Source: Neoechinorhynchus agilis (taxonomy: Eukaryota > Animalia > Acanthocephala). Taken from it: DNA of 64,000 bases. Positions 11,440 to 49,468 of this stretch are shown piece by piece (within the stretch, counting starts at the first letter, position 1; every line of letters starts with the position of its first letter). The translations under genes were made by a program, and so were the position numbers. The notes under the pieces are model-generated. The model worked only from the letters and a program-made list of their open reading frames with translations. It had not been told where the DNA came from and did not search any database. The stretch is taken from the NCBI GenBank assembly GCA_051530055.1, contig CM121341.1, positions 15,106,784 to 15,170,783 on the forward strand, given 5' to 3'.

Positions 11440-12164
11440 TCGAAAACTTAGTTCTTTGTTAAAGGTCTCAAGAGCTCTTCAATAAGTTTCGCACTGGTGC
11501 ACCGAAATACTGTCATTCTATCTGGCAAAATTCAATGATTTAATCGATTAAGGTGTGTGTGCATATCAAGCTCTTGCATTATTGTTTTCAAGGGGAACGA
11601 TATCTTCTCTTTATAAATAATTATACAACTCCAAGGATTTAATTGACTAATTTATTACCGATATTTCGCGTCTTACAATTCCGAAATTTTTCCAAACTTT
11701 GTCATTGCTTTAGCTGAAATATCAATGATAAATTAGTCAATTTAAATCAGAGAGGTGGTATAACAAATTTTCATTTAAGAATATACCAAATATCACCGGC
11801 ATAACAAAACGAAAAATTATCTTTCCAGTGATCTGAGAACACGTAAAGCAACGAGAAAAAATTACAGGTATAAAAATGCTGTGCTACGTCCAGTAGCGTT
11901 GCATATTGGACGAACAAGAATAATGATTAAAAAGCTGAATTCTGCACAACAAATTCTTACATCAATAATAACGGAAAAACCTGGACATCTACATCCAAAC
12001 GCAGATTCTCCTGACAGATTGATTTTAAAACATTTTCTCTATAATTTTTAAATTAATAAAATATTCAGACGCAGCGAATCAGCGTGGAGCCATCAAGGAA
12101 GCTGCGGAACAATCATCACGACAGTCGCAAAATTCGACGAAAAGGCGGAATTTGTGAACGAAAA

Positions 12165-13050
12165 GCAAATGTAACGCGGCCAAGTAGCCCGGCATTAAGA
12201 CCAGTCTGATATCTGATGCAAATTCTAAAGAAACGAAACTTATACCGTCCTGCATTGGAACAAAGGACGCGTTCGTGCAATCGTACCAGTCGATTACGCG
12301 GACAAAAAGATCGCGTCCCGATGCGGTTCAATTAAGCCATCAATCGACCGCATTTAAAGACTAAAATTGTTCATGCGGTAGAGTAGCCGGGCATTAAGAC
12401 CAGCCGGATATCCGGAGCAAATTCTCACGAAACGGAACTTACACCGTCCTTCGTTGGAACAAAGGACGAGTTCGTGGATTGTTCTAATCGATTACGCGGA
12501 CAAAAAGATCGCGTCCCGATGCGGTTCGATTAACCCATGAATCTACCGTATTTAAAGACTAAAATTGTTCATGCGTTCAAGCAACCGGGCATCAAGACCA
12601 GCCGGATACCTGGAGCAAATTCTCGAGAACGAAACTTACACCGTCCTGCATTAGAACAAATTACACGTTCGTGCAATCGCACTAGTCGATTACGCGGACA
12701 AAACGACCGCGTCCCGATGCGGTTCGATTAACCCATCAATCGACCGTATTTAAAGGCTAAAATTATTCATGCGGTCAAGTAACCGGCTATTAAGACCAGC
12801 CGGATATCTGGACCAAATTCTCAAAATACGAAACATATACCGTGGTGGTTTGGAACAAAGAACGGGTTCGTTTTATCGTATTTGTCAAAAGATAGCGTCC
12901 CGGTGCGGTTCGATTAACCCAAGACTAAAATTGTTCATGCGGTCAAGTACCCGGGCATCAAGACCAGCCGGATATCTCTACCAAATTCTCAAGAAACGAA
13001 ACTTACACCGTCCTGCATTGGAACAAAGGACACGTTCGTTTAATCGTAGA
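12165..13050. repeat. Diverged tandem repeat, ~198-bp unit, about 4.5 copies
   Basis: GCGG/T..AAG...GGCAT(T/C)AAGACCAG recurs at ~12176, 12375, 12573, 12771 and 12939 (last interval shortened by a deletion). Confidence 0.9.
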
Positions 13051-13383
13051 CGACGGTATTTGATTCACTGGGACGTTTTTGCGGTGTCCGTGGTAAACTA
13101 CTGGGTACAATATCTTTACTTCATGCTAGAATCGGACTTTTTTCTTTTAATCCAAAATATATAATGTTCGAGATGAAAAATTGAACACAGACTACGGTGA
13201 AAAAATTAAATCGCCGCACAAAATGAAGGCATATAGCTTAATATTTATACGTTTCCGCTTTCGTTATCGGACGACGACATTATTTTGCTCGCAGTTTCAT
13301 TTGACATAATTTATAGGCACAAAAACCACCGATTCGAAAGTCGTTCGCTGATTAGTCTTCATCGAACGGTACTCGAGGTTGCA

Positions 13384-14489
13384 CTATCTACAATGCTTCA
13401 CAATCGCATGAATTCCTTGGCCGAAAAGGACTCGTCGTTTCCGCTTTAAAGCAATTTCACATTCCTTATCCGAACAGGAGTTCGAAGTGAGGTCTTTTTC
13501 ATTTGAGGGTTCAAGTGACCGTTTCCTGGATACCAGAGGTTCTTTATCCAAACGACTCTTGTGCTCTGCTTTTGCACGGTCAATAATAGACCTTCGGCAT
13601 TGTGCTAGATCGGTCCATTTTTTGATCGCTTCACAGATTTCCGAATCACTCGAGTACGAGTTCTCTGGAGCTGTAGCCAAGATTTCAATCTTTGGAACTT
13701 GAACAGTTTCAAATATGGGAAATCTGTCCCAATCACTGTGTTTGCCCATGTCGTGGCGATCGTACCACTTTCGAAACACTTTTTTCATTGCTGTTGCACA
13801 ATTGAACCCACTGGTGAACTTGGTGACTCGATGAGTGTATGGACAATGCGAATCAACGCATTTCTTATTGCGGGCTTCGGCTGGACATCGCGTAGAGAAG
13901 AAGCGATCGTAGTTGTGTCGAAGAGGACAGTTCCGGTTGAAGCAAACTCCTTTGCGAAACCCTGGACAAATCTGACGACCGCGAGTATCCGGTTCATGTC
14001 TATAATAACACGCCTGACCATATCGACAATTCTGATAGTTTTGATGATAATAACAATCGATTAGAAATTTGGGATATGTGATGTATTCACCACTATAATG
14101 TTGAGCAAATAGCGAATCGTAAGGGAATATCGAGTCAAAGTCCTGTCCTTCGCCCTTGTCCAGCCATGTGCCGTAGTTCATCTAAAGCTACACAAATGAC
14201 TAAAATGTGAGAGAACGAAGCACAAAGGATCGAGGTGCGATCATCATCAACGATCTTGAACGTGTTAACGGTATCCGAGAATGTCGGATCTCCTCGTGTA
14301 ACCTACATTGGATTCTTCCCGATCGTTTAATAATGACGTTTTTATCCCTCCCAAAACAAATTGTTGTATACGAGTACTTGATCTGAGTTTTACTATCTCT
14401 TCTGAATTAAAAGGCGATTCTAAATCCTGAAAAAAAACGGAATTGCGGTCGACGAAGCTTAAATTCGTCATAAAACTTACAGGATTCAT
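13384..14489 (-). CDS. Triple CCCH zinc-finger protein, ZC3H11A-like; probable exons 14489-14307 and 14181-13384
   Basis: DCYYHQNYQNCRYGQACYYRH, CPGFRKGVCFNRNCPLRH and CPAEARNKKCVDSHCPYTH fingers; GTAGGT donor at 14306 and TTTAG acceptor in phase 0. The first exon is less certain. Confidence 0.7.
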
Positions 14490-15909
14490 TTTGTCCCATT
14501 TTTAGCGTTTGAACTCTGATGTTTAGCGCTAGTCTTTTTTAAATTGTTGATGCATTTTATATTGGCAAATAACATAACTAATCAAATGCTGAAATTCCCC
14601 AGAAAAATTCATATTTTTATGACTTAAGAAAGACATAATGCAATTTCGTTTCAAAATTTTTGAGAACAAAACCGATTCTTCATTCATCGACGATTTCGCC
14701 TATTCTCATTTTAAAATTAATGGACTCTATTGTAAAATCTGACGCTTTTCCATTAACGCACAAAAACCGTTTCTGGGCTCCGAATAGATGGAAACCACTG
14801 AAGGTAATTAGCCGTAGGAAAATTCCAAGTACTTCCATTCGGACTGTACTTAGAAACTCAGTCATACTTTTAGACGTCGTTGCCAATCTTTTCGGAAAAT
14901 TATCTATTCTTGGATATCAGAAGAAATTTTTGATTAGTGATTACGGTTTTCCTTTGATAGATGCTTTCAATATGTGTCCAGAGTTTGCATATACGCCCGA
15001 AAACGTATCTTTTTCAATGCGATCGTTGGTCTTTCTGAGCAATCAACGATGACTGCCTGAAGTATTATTGTTGCTTATTTTAAAAAATCCGTCGTTGTTA
15101 CATTGGGAAAAATTCATTAAAAATTCAATCGGCGTCATATTCATTTCTGTCATAAGCAGGATTTAAATCTGTATATAAATATTCCTAATAACTTTTTTAA
15201 CGCCTCGTTGATTGATGAGTATTTCCACTTCCTCAAGAAAGCGATTTGTTATCATGTTGAACATTCCGAAACGCCTGAGTGATATTGCGTTGAAAAAGCC
15301 TACAGTGCACTGATTAGTAAGTGGTAATTGCGAGCGCATAAATCTTCAACTTTCTATTGACGAATTAATAGGAAAAATGTAATTCCATGCATGATCTCTT
15401 AAATCAAGTTTGGAGTTTCTCGGATTCTTTTTCGAACTTTGGCTTTAGCCAAATCAGTTCATAAATTCTCATCTCTTGAAGACACCATGATGCATTAAGC
15501 CGATCTTCTAACTTTTCGAAAAAGTTGAAGTGTCGTATTCACTGATTTGAAGCCTCTTGCTCACTAGCGTTGCACACTGGCAACAACGTGAGGTCAATAT
15601 CAGTCGCGAGTGCAGAAAATACCGCTCATCAATATTAGGAGAAACGATTATAAAGCATGTTATTTTACTGTTGACTTTGTTACAAATTCTGAACTATATC
15701 ACTTTTGATGATCCGGTAGTATTTCAGTATGAGCCAATCTCGCGGTTATTGTTGAAATATTCCTTTTAATCTGCTATATAAATTAGAAAATGTATATCTA
15801 TGTGCGCATCGAGAAGACAAAAAACCAAGAAAAATTCTACGCTTTCCCCACTAACTTAGTGAGTCATATTCATTAGTCACAATAAAAGCGTTAAAAACCG
15901 TCGCTAGTT

Positions 15910-39625
<23,716 letters not shown>

Positions 39626-40146
39626 CCGAAGAACAATGTGACTACCGCCCTGAACAACTTCGAGAAAGGGTCCTTACGTCGCTAGTGTAAGGGAAACAAC
39701 AATAGCGCAACGGCTTGACCAACTGTGAGAATGAGTTATTATGTGGGAGCGTTACGGAGACGATAAAAATGAGACTCCCGCCTTCAGCAACTGCGAGTTG
39801 TACGTATGTTTTAATTGTCAACGAAACAACAACAGCTTGACTCTCGCCTTCATCAAAAGTTTGTTAGATTTCGTACGTTGCTAGCGTACGATAAATTAAA
39901 ATTGCCTTATACCGGTCTTCAACAAGCCGGGTTCGAGACAAATTTGTGCACGAGAGCTTTCAAATATTATCGACGTTATTATTATGCGAAACATCCTTAT
40001 GTCATTGTTTGTAACATGATCGGTTTGATTCTCCAGTTAGGTCAAGGAAATGATTGTGTGAGTTGTTGCTATCGTGCTATTTTAAAACGGGATCATCATC
40101 CAACAAAACCAAGAAATCATTTTATTAAAAGTCAAATTCAACTTGT

Positions 40147-43100
40147 TCACGGCTTGATTTCTACCAATAAGTCTTCTCCTTCAAGAGACTGTCCTTTTGT
40201 GACAGCGACCTTTGTAATTTTTCCGCTGATTGGCGACTTGACGACAGTCTCCATTTTCATTGCACTTAAAATTACCAGAGCGTCTCCTTTTTTTACCTCT
40301 TGACCGACCTTCACTTTCACATCCACGACATTTCCGGGCATTGGTGCGCCAACTGAACCATCATCTGATTTATTGGCCTTCACAGTAGTAGCCTTTGTCT
40401 TTGTTGCTTTTTTGTCCTTAATTTTGATGGGTCTTAATGACCCGTCGACCTCAAAAAAGACCTCTTTTTCGCCAGAATCAGGTAAATCAGCAATTGATAA
40501 AGTCTTCACGATGACTTTATCCCCAGGTCTAAGTTCGGTTTCAATCGTTTGTCCCAAATCAGTGCCAATGAAGAAGCTGCGTGTATCTAACTTGTCAACA
40601 GGTCCATACTTTTGTCTAAACGATAAAAAATCATCAGTGACGGCTGGGAACATAACATGACTCATTGTATCCTCTTCGGTTATATGACTTCCATACTTCT
40701 CTTTTAATTTTTTCTCAAGTCCTTTTAAGTCGATCGGAGGAATGGTTTTGCCTGGTCTATCAGTAAAAACTTCTTTTCCTTTGACGACAATCGACCTTAA
40801 AGGTTCTGGGAATCCTCCATAAGCCTGGCCAAGACCACCTTGAAGTAACTCAATGACAGATTGCGGGAAAGATAACTCTTCAGCTCGGTTAACGACATCT
40901 TCTGGGGTTAAGTTATTCTGAACCATAAATTGAGCAAGATCCCCGACGACCTTGGAGGTTGGAGTAACCTTCACTAGATCGCCGAGAAGGGCATTAGCTT
41001 CTGCGTATTTTCTCTTTACTTCTTCAAATTGTGATCCTAAACCAAGACTGAACGCTTGGAATTGCAGGTTTGTATATTGTCCACCAGGAATCTCGTTCAC
41101 GTAAACATCGGAATTTCCTGCTCGCATAGAAACAGTTGCTTCGAATGGCCCATACAACGTACGAGCCTGTTCCCAGTAAGACGAGTATTTATTGATATCT
41201 TCTAACGAAATTCCCAAATCGTTCTTGGTGTTCGTAAAAGATGAAACTAGAGCTCCCATGCTTGGCTGAGAAGTTAAGCCAGACATTGAATCAACTGCAG
41301 TGTCCACTACGTCTGCGCCGGCGTTAATAGCAGCAACCCAGTTGGCAACTCCCGTGCCAGCAGTGTCATGAGTATGCATATGGATGGGCATATCAGGGAA
41401 TCGTTGGCGCAGTGCATCAACTAACATCTTGGTGGCTTGGGGACGGAGCAATCCTGCCATATCTTTCACGCTTAAAACATGAGTACCAGCTTTCACTAAC
41501 TCATCTGCCAATTTTATTGTCGTTTATTCTCATAATCGTAGCGAACTCTCAGGAGAATAAAAGATTTCTGTACGTAGTAATCGAGATCGTATTTTCGTCT
41601 ACTTGGATCGGAGACATCACCAGTGTAACAAATAGCGGCTTCAATCACACCACCAGCCTTTCCAACAGCGTCTATTCCGAGGATGATGTTAGGGACGTAA
41701 TTAAGAGCATCAAATATCCTAAAAACGTCAACTTCGTTCTTGACAGCCAATTCACAGAACTTGTAAACGGCATTGTCGGGATAGTTTTTATATCCAACAG
41801 CACTTGAAGCTCTTAAAAGCATTTGAAAAGGTATGTTTGGGATTAATTGTCTCAAATATCGAGCTCTCTCCCATGGGCACTCATGAAGGAATCGCATAGA
41901 GACATCGAAAGTGGCACCACCCCAATTTTCCAAACTGAACAGCGACGGGAATGTTCTGGATACGAACGGTGATATCTGAGCGAGATCGTGAGTCCTTACT
42001 CGAGTAGCCAATAACGACTGATGAGCGTCTCTGAACGTAGTATCCATCAGAAGTGGCCGCTTATGAGCACGAACTTCTTTTGCAAATCCTTCTGGTCCTT
42101 TTTCCTGTAAAACCTGCTTCCATCCACGCTGCACTTCATCTTTTTTTGCCTTCGGTACTTCTGGTACAATTTTGCTTGGTTCCAGCGAAGTGCCGAGTGG
42201 CGTCAATGGACCGTTGACAATGACTTCAGCAAGATATTTCAGGAGCCTCTCACGCTCTTCACCATGGTCCTCCACTTTTACTAGATCTTGATGGGCCTCC
42301 AAAAAACCAGTGTTAACACCGCCTTTGCGGAAATCTTCATTTTTTAACACGTTCACGAGAAACGGAGAGTTGGTCTTCACTCCTGTAACTTTAAATTCTT
42401 TTAAAACACGGAGCATTCGCTTGATAGCACCATCAAAATCATTTGCTCGGGTGATTATTTTACACAGCAATGAATCGAAGAACGGTGAAACAGTCGCACC
42501 AGTATAAGCAGTAGATGCGTCTATTCTCACTCCGAATCCTTCTCCGCGTTCAAATCCCTAAAAATATTCGTATTCGATTAGTTGTATTTAAAATATGCAA
42601 AAGGTGTTCATATCCTTTTTTAAATACTCTTAAATGTGCTACAGCTGAATTTCTGAATTCGAGCTACTTGCTGAAGCAAAACGTCAAAAATCTAAACTTT
42701 TGATTTCATCTCAATAAAAACATGAAAAATTTCCTTTTTTTTCATTTTGTTGTGCTCTGTTACTGAATACGATTTTGGACACTAGAATTTTTTGCAATAT
42801 CTATACCTACCGTAATAAATCCAGAATCAGGTTTGAAATCTGCAGATGGATCTTCTGTCGTCAATCTACACTGGATGGCAGTTCCGTTTTGGCGTATTGT
42901 GTCTTGCTTTAGGTTGAGCTCCTCCAAGCTATGACCTTTTGCTACCAATATTTGAGTCTGTGCAAGATCAACTCTTTAAATGGAATTTTCAATAAACTTA
43001 CAAACGAACGATAAAACCGCAATTTTACCCTGTAATTTCCTCCGAAACTGTATGTTCAACCTGCAATCTGCAGTTAACTTCCATGAAATAGTGATTTCCT

Positions 43101-44255
43101 TCAGCATCGACTAAAAACTCTACAGTTCCTGCATTGGAATAATTCACAGATTTCACTAATTTCACAGCATCCCTAAGAATGGCCTGACGGAGAGATTCGT
43201 TAAGGCTTGGAGCTGGAGCGATTTCAATAATCTTTTGATGTCTTCTTTGAACTGAGCAGTCTCGGTCGAAGAAATGAACGGCATTTCCGTATTTATCACC
43301 TAATCGAGAATCAGTTAAAATTTCAATCATATTACACCACGAAATCTCATACCCATGATTTGTACTTCGATATGCCTGGGGTCGACGAGGTACCGTTCAA
43401 CAAACACCGATCCATCGCCAACAGCTGCTTTGGCTTCGGAACTCGCTCTCAAAAATGCCTCTTCGATTTCGTCTTTATTTTTGACCATTCGCATCCCACG
43501 ACCTCCGCCTCCACGAGCTGCCTTAAATATAACGGGCATTCCATACTTTTTAACGAATTCCTTAGCCTCTTGAATATCTTTAATTGGCCCTTTTGTTCCA
43601 GGAACAACGGGAACGTCTATGATTTAATTAAATTAAAATATTTCTGAAAGCTAACTAATTTACCAGCATCCATTGCCGTCTTTCTTGCATGAACCTTATT
43701 GGCCATTCTATAAAGGACTTCGGGAGTTGGTCCAACAAAGTTAATGCCTGCATCTTGACAGGCCTTTGAGAAATCTCCACTTTCGGATAAGAATCCGTAT
43801 CCAGGATGTATGGCGTCCGCACCCGATTTCTAATTGAATACTATAAAAAGCGCCAAGTTTGTTGAACAAACCTTGGCAGCATGAATGATTCCTTCAATAT
43901 CAAGATAAGCTTCTACCGGTTTTTTGCCTACACCGATCATATGAGCTTCGTCGGCTTTCGTCCTATGTATGCAGAATTGATCTTCTTTTGGAAACACTGC
44001 AACCGATCGAATATTAAGCTCCCTACATGCTCGGATTATCCTTACAGCAATCTCTCCTGTTAAAATGTTTTCGCAGTCACAAGGATATAAAAACGGAGTC
44101 AAACCTCGATTGGCGACCAAGAGCTTATTTATGGGTTTGATTTTCTTAGCTGCAGTTGACGATAATCGCTGCTGTGCAATCGAACTTCCGATTTTCCATA
44201 ATGGCACAGCCAATTGCTTGTATTGTCCCAGGACAGGTGCTTTACCGATTAACAT
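40147..44255 (-). CDS. PC: Pyruvate carboxylase, mitochondrial (multi-exon)
   Basis: BC domain ([58 protein letters not shown]); CT domain ([42 protein letters not shown]); biotinyl domain AMKM. Six GT-AG introns and one non-canonical interruption. Confidence 0.97.
41515..41570 (-). other. Non-canonical intervening sequence in PC (56 nt hairpin)
   Basis: Splits [20 protein letters not shown]; TA at both junctions; 11/12 stem TCTTTTATTCTC / GAGAATAAACGA; no AG upstream of LADE in a usable phase. Confidence 0.8.
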
Positions 44256-45129
44256 TATCCGATGAAAAATTTAGATTTGCCGTTCGTGGAAGGAAACGAG
44301 CAGTGTTCTATCTATGAAGTTTTAAAGAACACTCCAACAAAACATATATTATTACTCACTTTACTTTAGAGAAAAGTACGCGAACGTTTGCAACTCACAA
44401 TCGCGATGACTGATATGCGCAAATGAATCAAAGATGATTCAGCCACAAACGATGCCTTTGGAAAGTAAAGAAGAGATGTGAGCGTTTGTGAGATAATCGC
44501 GGATTGTGATCAAAAACCCACGGTGATGACATCCAACCGTAATATGCGACGAAAAGAGATCAAGAAACTACATAGGCCTTTAAGACCGTAACCGAGTTGA
44601 AAACATGATCGCTTTTCGAAGTGTTTTCGCTGTCACTTTCAAAAGTGAATGTAGTCACCAAATCGAAGAATATCAATTATGTAGTCCGTTTATCAACAGA
44701 TTTATTGAGTCACGATTTTTGGTTTAGTCGTATCTCATTGAGCGCAAGATATATCCGCAAATATCCAACATAGACAGCAGATGTTCTGATGGTTTGACAA
44801 GTTCGTTAATGTGATCGCAGTTGAACCCAAAAAGATATAAATAACATACAATCTGCTTTGTTCGAAAAAATTAAACACTCTTCAGTATTAATTCATTTAA
44901 ATATGATAACATCAAAAATTTTGAAGGGTCATAAACTGAATTGAATTTTACACTACGCAACTTCACAATAGATCCAGAATATTTTTTAGCAAAAATTTAG
45001 ATCTTAGAATTCGAAATTCATTTACTTAAGATCTGTCCTGAGCTTGCATCTCTCGAATCAATGACTCTGGATCCAAATTTTGCATCTTTTCCATAGCGTT
45101 TTGTTTAGCCCAATCTAAAATATCGATTG

Positions 45130-46330
45130 TACCTTTTTTGAATGAGACCGGATTAAAAATGTCGATATGTGAGGTACCGGGGAATGTGATTGGAATTATT
45201 GTTTAGGTCTACACCCGGTAAATGATTATTTATTAAAGACGTTTCGAACCTCTTCGGGTATTTTCCATTACTTTATTTCAATTTTTTAATTGACACTTAG
45301 GTGAGATGTTGTAATGATAAAGAAAATCTTTATTTCTGAGCTTTCGCCGTCTTACGACTTAATCGGGAATCTACAGAGGCGCGTGGAATTGCGAAGTGTC
45401 GTAAAGTAGCGACATCGAAGCTGAAAAGTTCGCCCCTCCTTGTTGAGCAGTTCTGTGGCTTTGCCAAGCTGATGTCCAGAACTTTCCCTCGCATTGTCTG
45501 CGGAAACATAATCCCCTTCCAACCGCCCTTGGTTAGTTCCACCGGGTCCTTGAATAACTTACGTTGAGAGTTTCACTCCGTCGCTGTTTCACTCTCAGTG
45601 GTTTGTTTTGTCTATGTAGATGGCCTCAAGATTGTCATCGGTCAAGCATCGTTCGCAGGTCATCTCGTAGACCACGTCCACCGGGTCCTTGAATAACTTA
45701 CGTTGAGAGTTTCACTCGTTCGCTGTTTCACTCTCAGTGGTTTGTTTTGTCTATGTAGATGGCCCCAAGATTGTTTCACTCCGTCGCTGTTTCACTCTCA
45801 GTGGTTTGTTTTGTCTATGTAGATGGCCCCAAGATTGTCATCGGTCAAGCATCGTTCGCAGGTCATCTCGTAGACCACGTTGCTTTCAGCACAAATCGAA
45901 TCTCGTCGGCCATTTGAGTCCACGGACTTTCCTGGTGCTTGCGTACACTTCAAGAACGATGCTGGACATGTTTCAGTCGTTTCATGATGCCCAGTTCTTA
46001 TCAGGATTCGCCTACGTGTAGGTGCACTTCTGTGAACAATCCTGACACCAATTCTCGATCGTCGTAGTAGCTTTCGAACGTCACTAGTGAACGTTTCACT
46101 GATATATGGAATCTTAAAACTCGGTTTCCCCTCAATATTGATTCCTCTAGAGATCATCTTTCGGCTTCTCCTCTCTTGGACCACGCCGCTGCCGGAACCG
46201 TATGATCTAGTTACGCAAATATCCATTATCAGCGAAAATTGCGTTTGTTGAGGACGATGAATTAATCATTGTTGTCCCGTGCATCTCCGCATAAATTGTC
46301 TGTTTCATCATTCAAGGATGATAGGAATCT
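45130..46330 (-). mobile_element. Decayed Penelope-like element 3' fragment with internal tandem duplications
   Basis: KPSFKIPYISE and SNVVYEMTCERC...IYIDKT GIY-YIG motifs in ORF 45798-46226; ~140-bp segments repeated at 45538-45880. Confidence 0.8.
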
Positions 46331-46754
46331 CGATGTATGACTATCTATTTACGGCACGGTTTGCCATACCAACTGAAGTCAGTGATTTGCTTAACTTTGA
46401 AACACAATTTGAAGCGCGGGATTCGAGCTTAAAACCTTAATGTGTAAAACCCATTTTTATATGACTGAGGATATGAGGTTACCTCGCGAAATCTTTCAAG
46501 TAAATCAAATATGTTATGACCGCGATTATTTTCACCAAAAGTATACTTTGATTAACATCAGGCATTCAGAGAATTAAGTAAGCCTTCTACATTCCACAAA
46601 TAAGAACTCGTTCCCTGAAGCAATGGTCTAATAGCCATCGGCAGGAAGCGAGATAATTGGTGCACAGGTCCATAGACTGCCAAAATAATCGGTCTACGTT
46701 TCCAAAGACTGAAGTTAAAAACACTTTCATCTTCCAAAATTCACAAACAATTAT

Positions 46755-49468
46755 TTATTCTTTCAAGTGACTGCTCGCATTTAATCCAGCATCCAACAAT
46801 GCCTGATTACAATCCTTTCGACCTTGAAGTTGAATTTTGTGTGACTCTTCCCATGACAATACGCCGTATCCCGTTTTATTTTCCAGGAGATTAACATAAA
46901 AGAGCTCCGGTTCAGCGTTTACTCTCCATTCACAGCTTGCCTTCAGGAAAGGACGTCCTCCCATATATTTCTGCAAAACTCTTGGCAATTGAACAGTTTC
47001 AAGATCCTTATTAAAATGAGTCTCGACTAAGCATTGCAATACTCGCGGAGTAGCCATTGCTGTGGCGTTCAGCTTTGAATATTTCAAATTGAGTAAAAGA
47101 TATCGGAAAATAAAAAATCTTACAGTATGAACGTATTCCTTTTTTCCAGAATTCGGATCAGTATAAATAATTCCCAGACGGCGACTTTGGTAATCGGTAC
47201 AGTTTGAACAACTTGTGATCTATTTTCGATAATTTTTGTGTCGAAGAGTTTTTATAGTATGTCTCCAATTAGCATGCTTCAAAGGTTCCACGAAAAACGA
47301 GAAGTCCCCGTGCTACTACTAACGTGTTATGAGGATTTAAGAAATCAAATATGCACTTTTCTTATAACACGGAGATGCGAACTTTTCGATCAAATTCAGT
47401 AAAAAAAGTAAATTCGAACATACATTTAACAATCCATGATTCAATAAAAGAACGATAATTTCACACGAATTTTAAATCGACTGTAACCTAAACGCTAAAC
47501 AGGCGAACCTCTCCGTATTTCTGTTCCGACGGCAAAAATGCTTCAATATCAAATTTTCTATAAGCAGGTAGACCAAGATCATTTGTCGGCATATCCAACG
47601 CTCTGCAAAATATTGATCACAATCTAAAGTTCATTAAATAGATATCAAAAACCTAAAGCATAATCCGATATCGTTCATTATTCGCTTCTGAATATTATAC
47701 AAATCCGCCATTACATCATTGCTGTTTTCTGGAATGGAAACAACAAACATTTCGACCTAAATACTTAAGCGTTGATATTTGTACAGCAAAAAAACTTACT
47801 TTGTCGAATTCGTGAACACGATATAATGGACCACAATGGTCCATCGTTGATATCTCTGCGCGGAAACATCTACTCTGTGCAGCGTATCTATGCGAAATCT
47901 CAGTAGTATTAATTAAAAAGAACTTGTTTTTGCAGTCAATTAATTCATGGCTTTGGAAGGCAAAGAATCATAACTTAAACGCAGGGTCATATTACCATTT
48001 CGATTCAAGTTCTAAGAACATATTTGGAGATTGGAAAGCGAAGATGCGAAATTTGTAAAATCTGAGTTAAAATTACGATGTGTGGCGCTTCGATAACAAC
48101 ATTCAATAAAATTTAGTTGGTTAAATAGCGCTTTTGTCAATTCTACGTTTCTATAAATTTATATTTTGTTGAATTTAAAAATGGCTTGATCTAATTACAC
48201 TACGGTCTTATACTAGAACCTTTCGGAAAATATTTTTAAGGAATATCCAGAACCTCTTCGGCAATTCACCGTATTCATAACGTCGACCAATAAGGTTGTG
48301 CGCTATAGTCATTTCCGCTGTTCCAGCCAAACACTGCGAATTATTTCGACTATTTACAAGTCTATACACTTTGTCTGTATCTACTTTAAATCCGCATTTT
48401 TCCTAAAACACAGATAAGAACAAATACTAATCGATATCGATTTCGTACAACAACGTCTTTATCAACAGTATCTGTGACCTTAATAAACTCAAATTTCTAA
48501 ATGAAATGAGTTTTTCAAATGATCGCTTGTTATAAAGCAACCAACTTCTTCTTGAAGGACGCTTATTGCGTGTCGAACGAGGGCATATTCCAAAAGTGCC
48601 AATTCGCCGTATAATGCATAGGCATTCGTGCATCCAATTTTTCCAAGCTTGCTATAATATTTTTAATGCAATGGTTAATATGAAGAAAAAGATCAGATTA
48701 CCTTCGACGAAGTAGTCCACACCTTTTGGAGAAATCTTCAAACGACATACTTGTCTGATCTAATTTGTTAATATGAGATTAGGTGGATTTCTTCTATCAA
48801 ATATAAAACTAAAATTGTTCGTTTTTAAATGAAATCAAACAAAAGGTAATGTAAGAATTTTAAAAGGTGTTAAGCGTGCGACGAAAGTAAAGAATAAAAC
48901 ATTTTAGATACTCAATCCGGTAAAACCAATATGCAAAAATAAATTACCTCGAGCTTTTTGCTTTGATTGGTCTATGATGGAGACAGCATAGGCCGATGGC
49001 TCTTGGCTATTTGACTGTAACACCGGTACATCCGGATGACTAAAATTAGGTAACTCGAATGCTTGATCGTAAATCTTGTTCGCCAAATCAATCGATCCTG
49101 CATCATTGATGTCCTTTAAAAATTCACACTGACGAGAAAAATTAAATACATTTACTGACCATAATATTGATTAAATTATCAAAATCTCGAAGCTAAAATA
49201 TTCATCTTAGGAAAATACCTACAGAGATGAAACTGACCATATTTTCATAAATATCTTGGGCATTTCGTTTACTGAATTCCGCTTGACACTTTTCGACGCT
49301 ACCTAACAACAATTTCCAATTTAAATCAGAAGATTTTCCTTGATTAGCAGCACTGGTAATAATCGTGTTGACAGCTTTTGATTGAGTATCTGTTAATTTG
49401 TGTGATCCAAAAAGACGCTTTAAAGCAAAACTAGAATATCCTTTGAGGATTTTGGAATTAAACAACAT
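46755..49468 (-). CDS. SARS2: Seryl-tRNA synthetase, mitochondrial type (multi-exon, all junctions resolvable as GT-AG)
   Basis: [80 protein letters not shown]. Confidence 0.9.

Noticed and set aside
14660-15800. Protein-like fragments on both strands before the satellite
   Set aside because: They are interrupted by stops, and I could not recognise a family or a consistent exon chain; possibly a decayed element.
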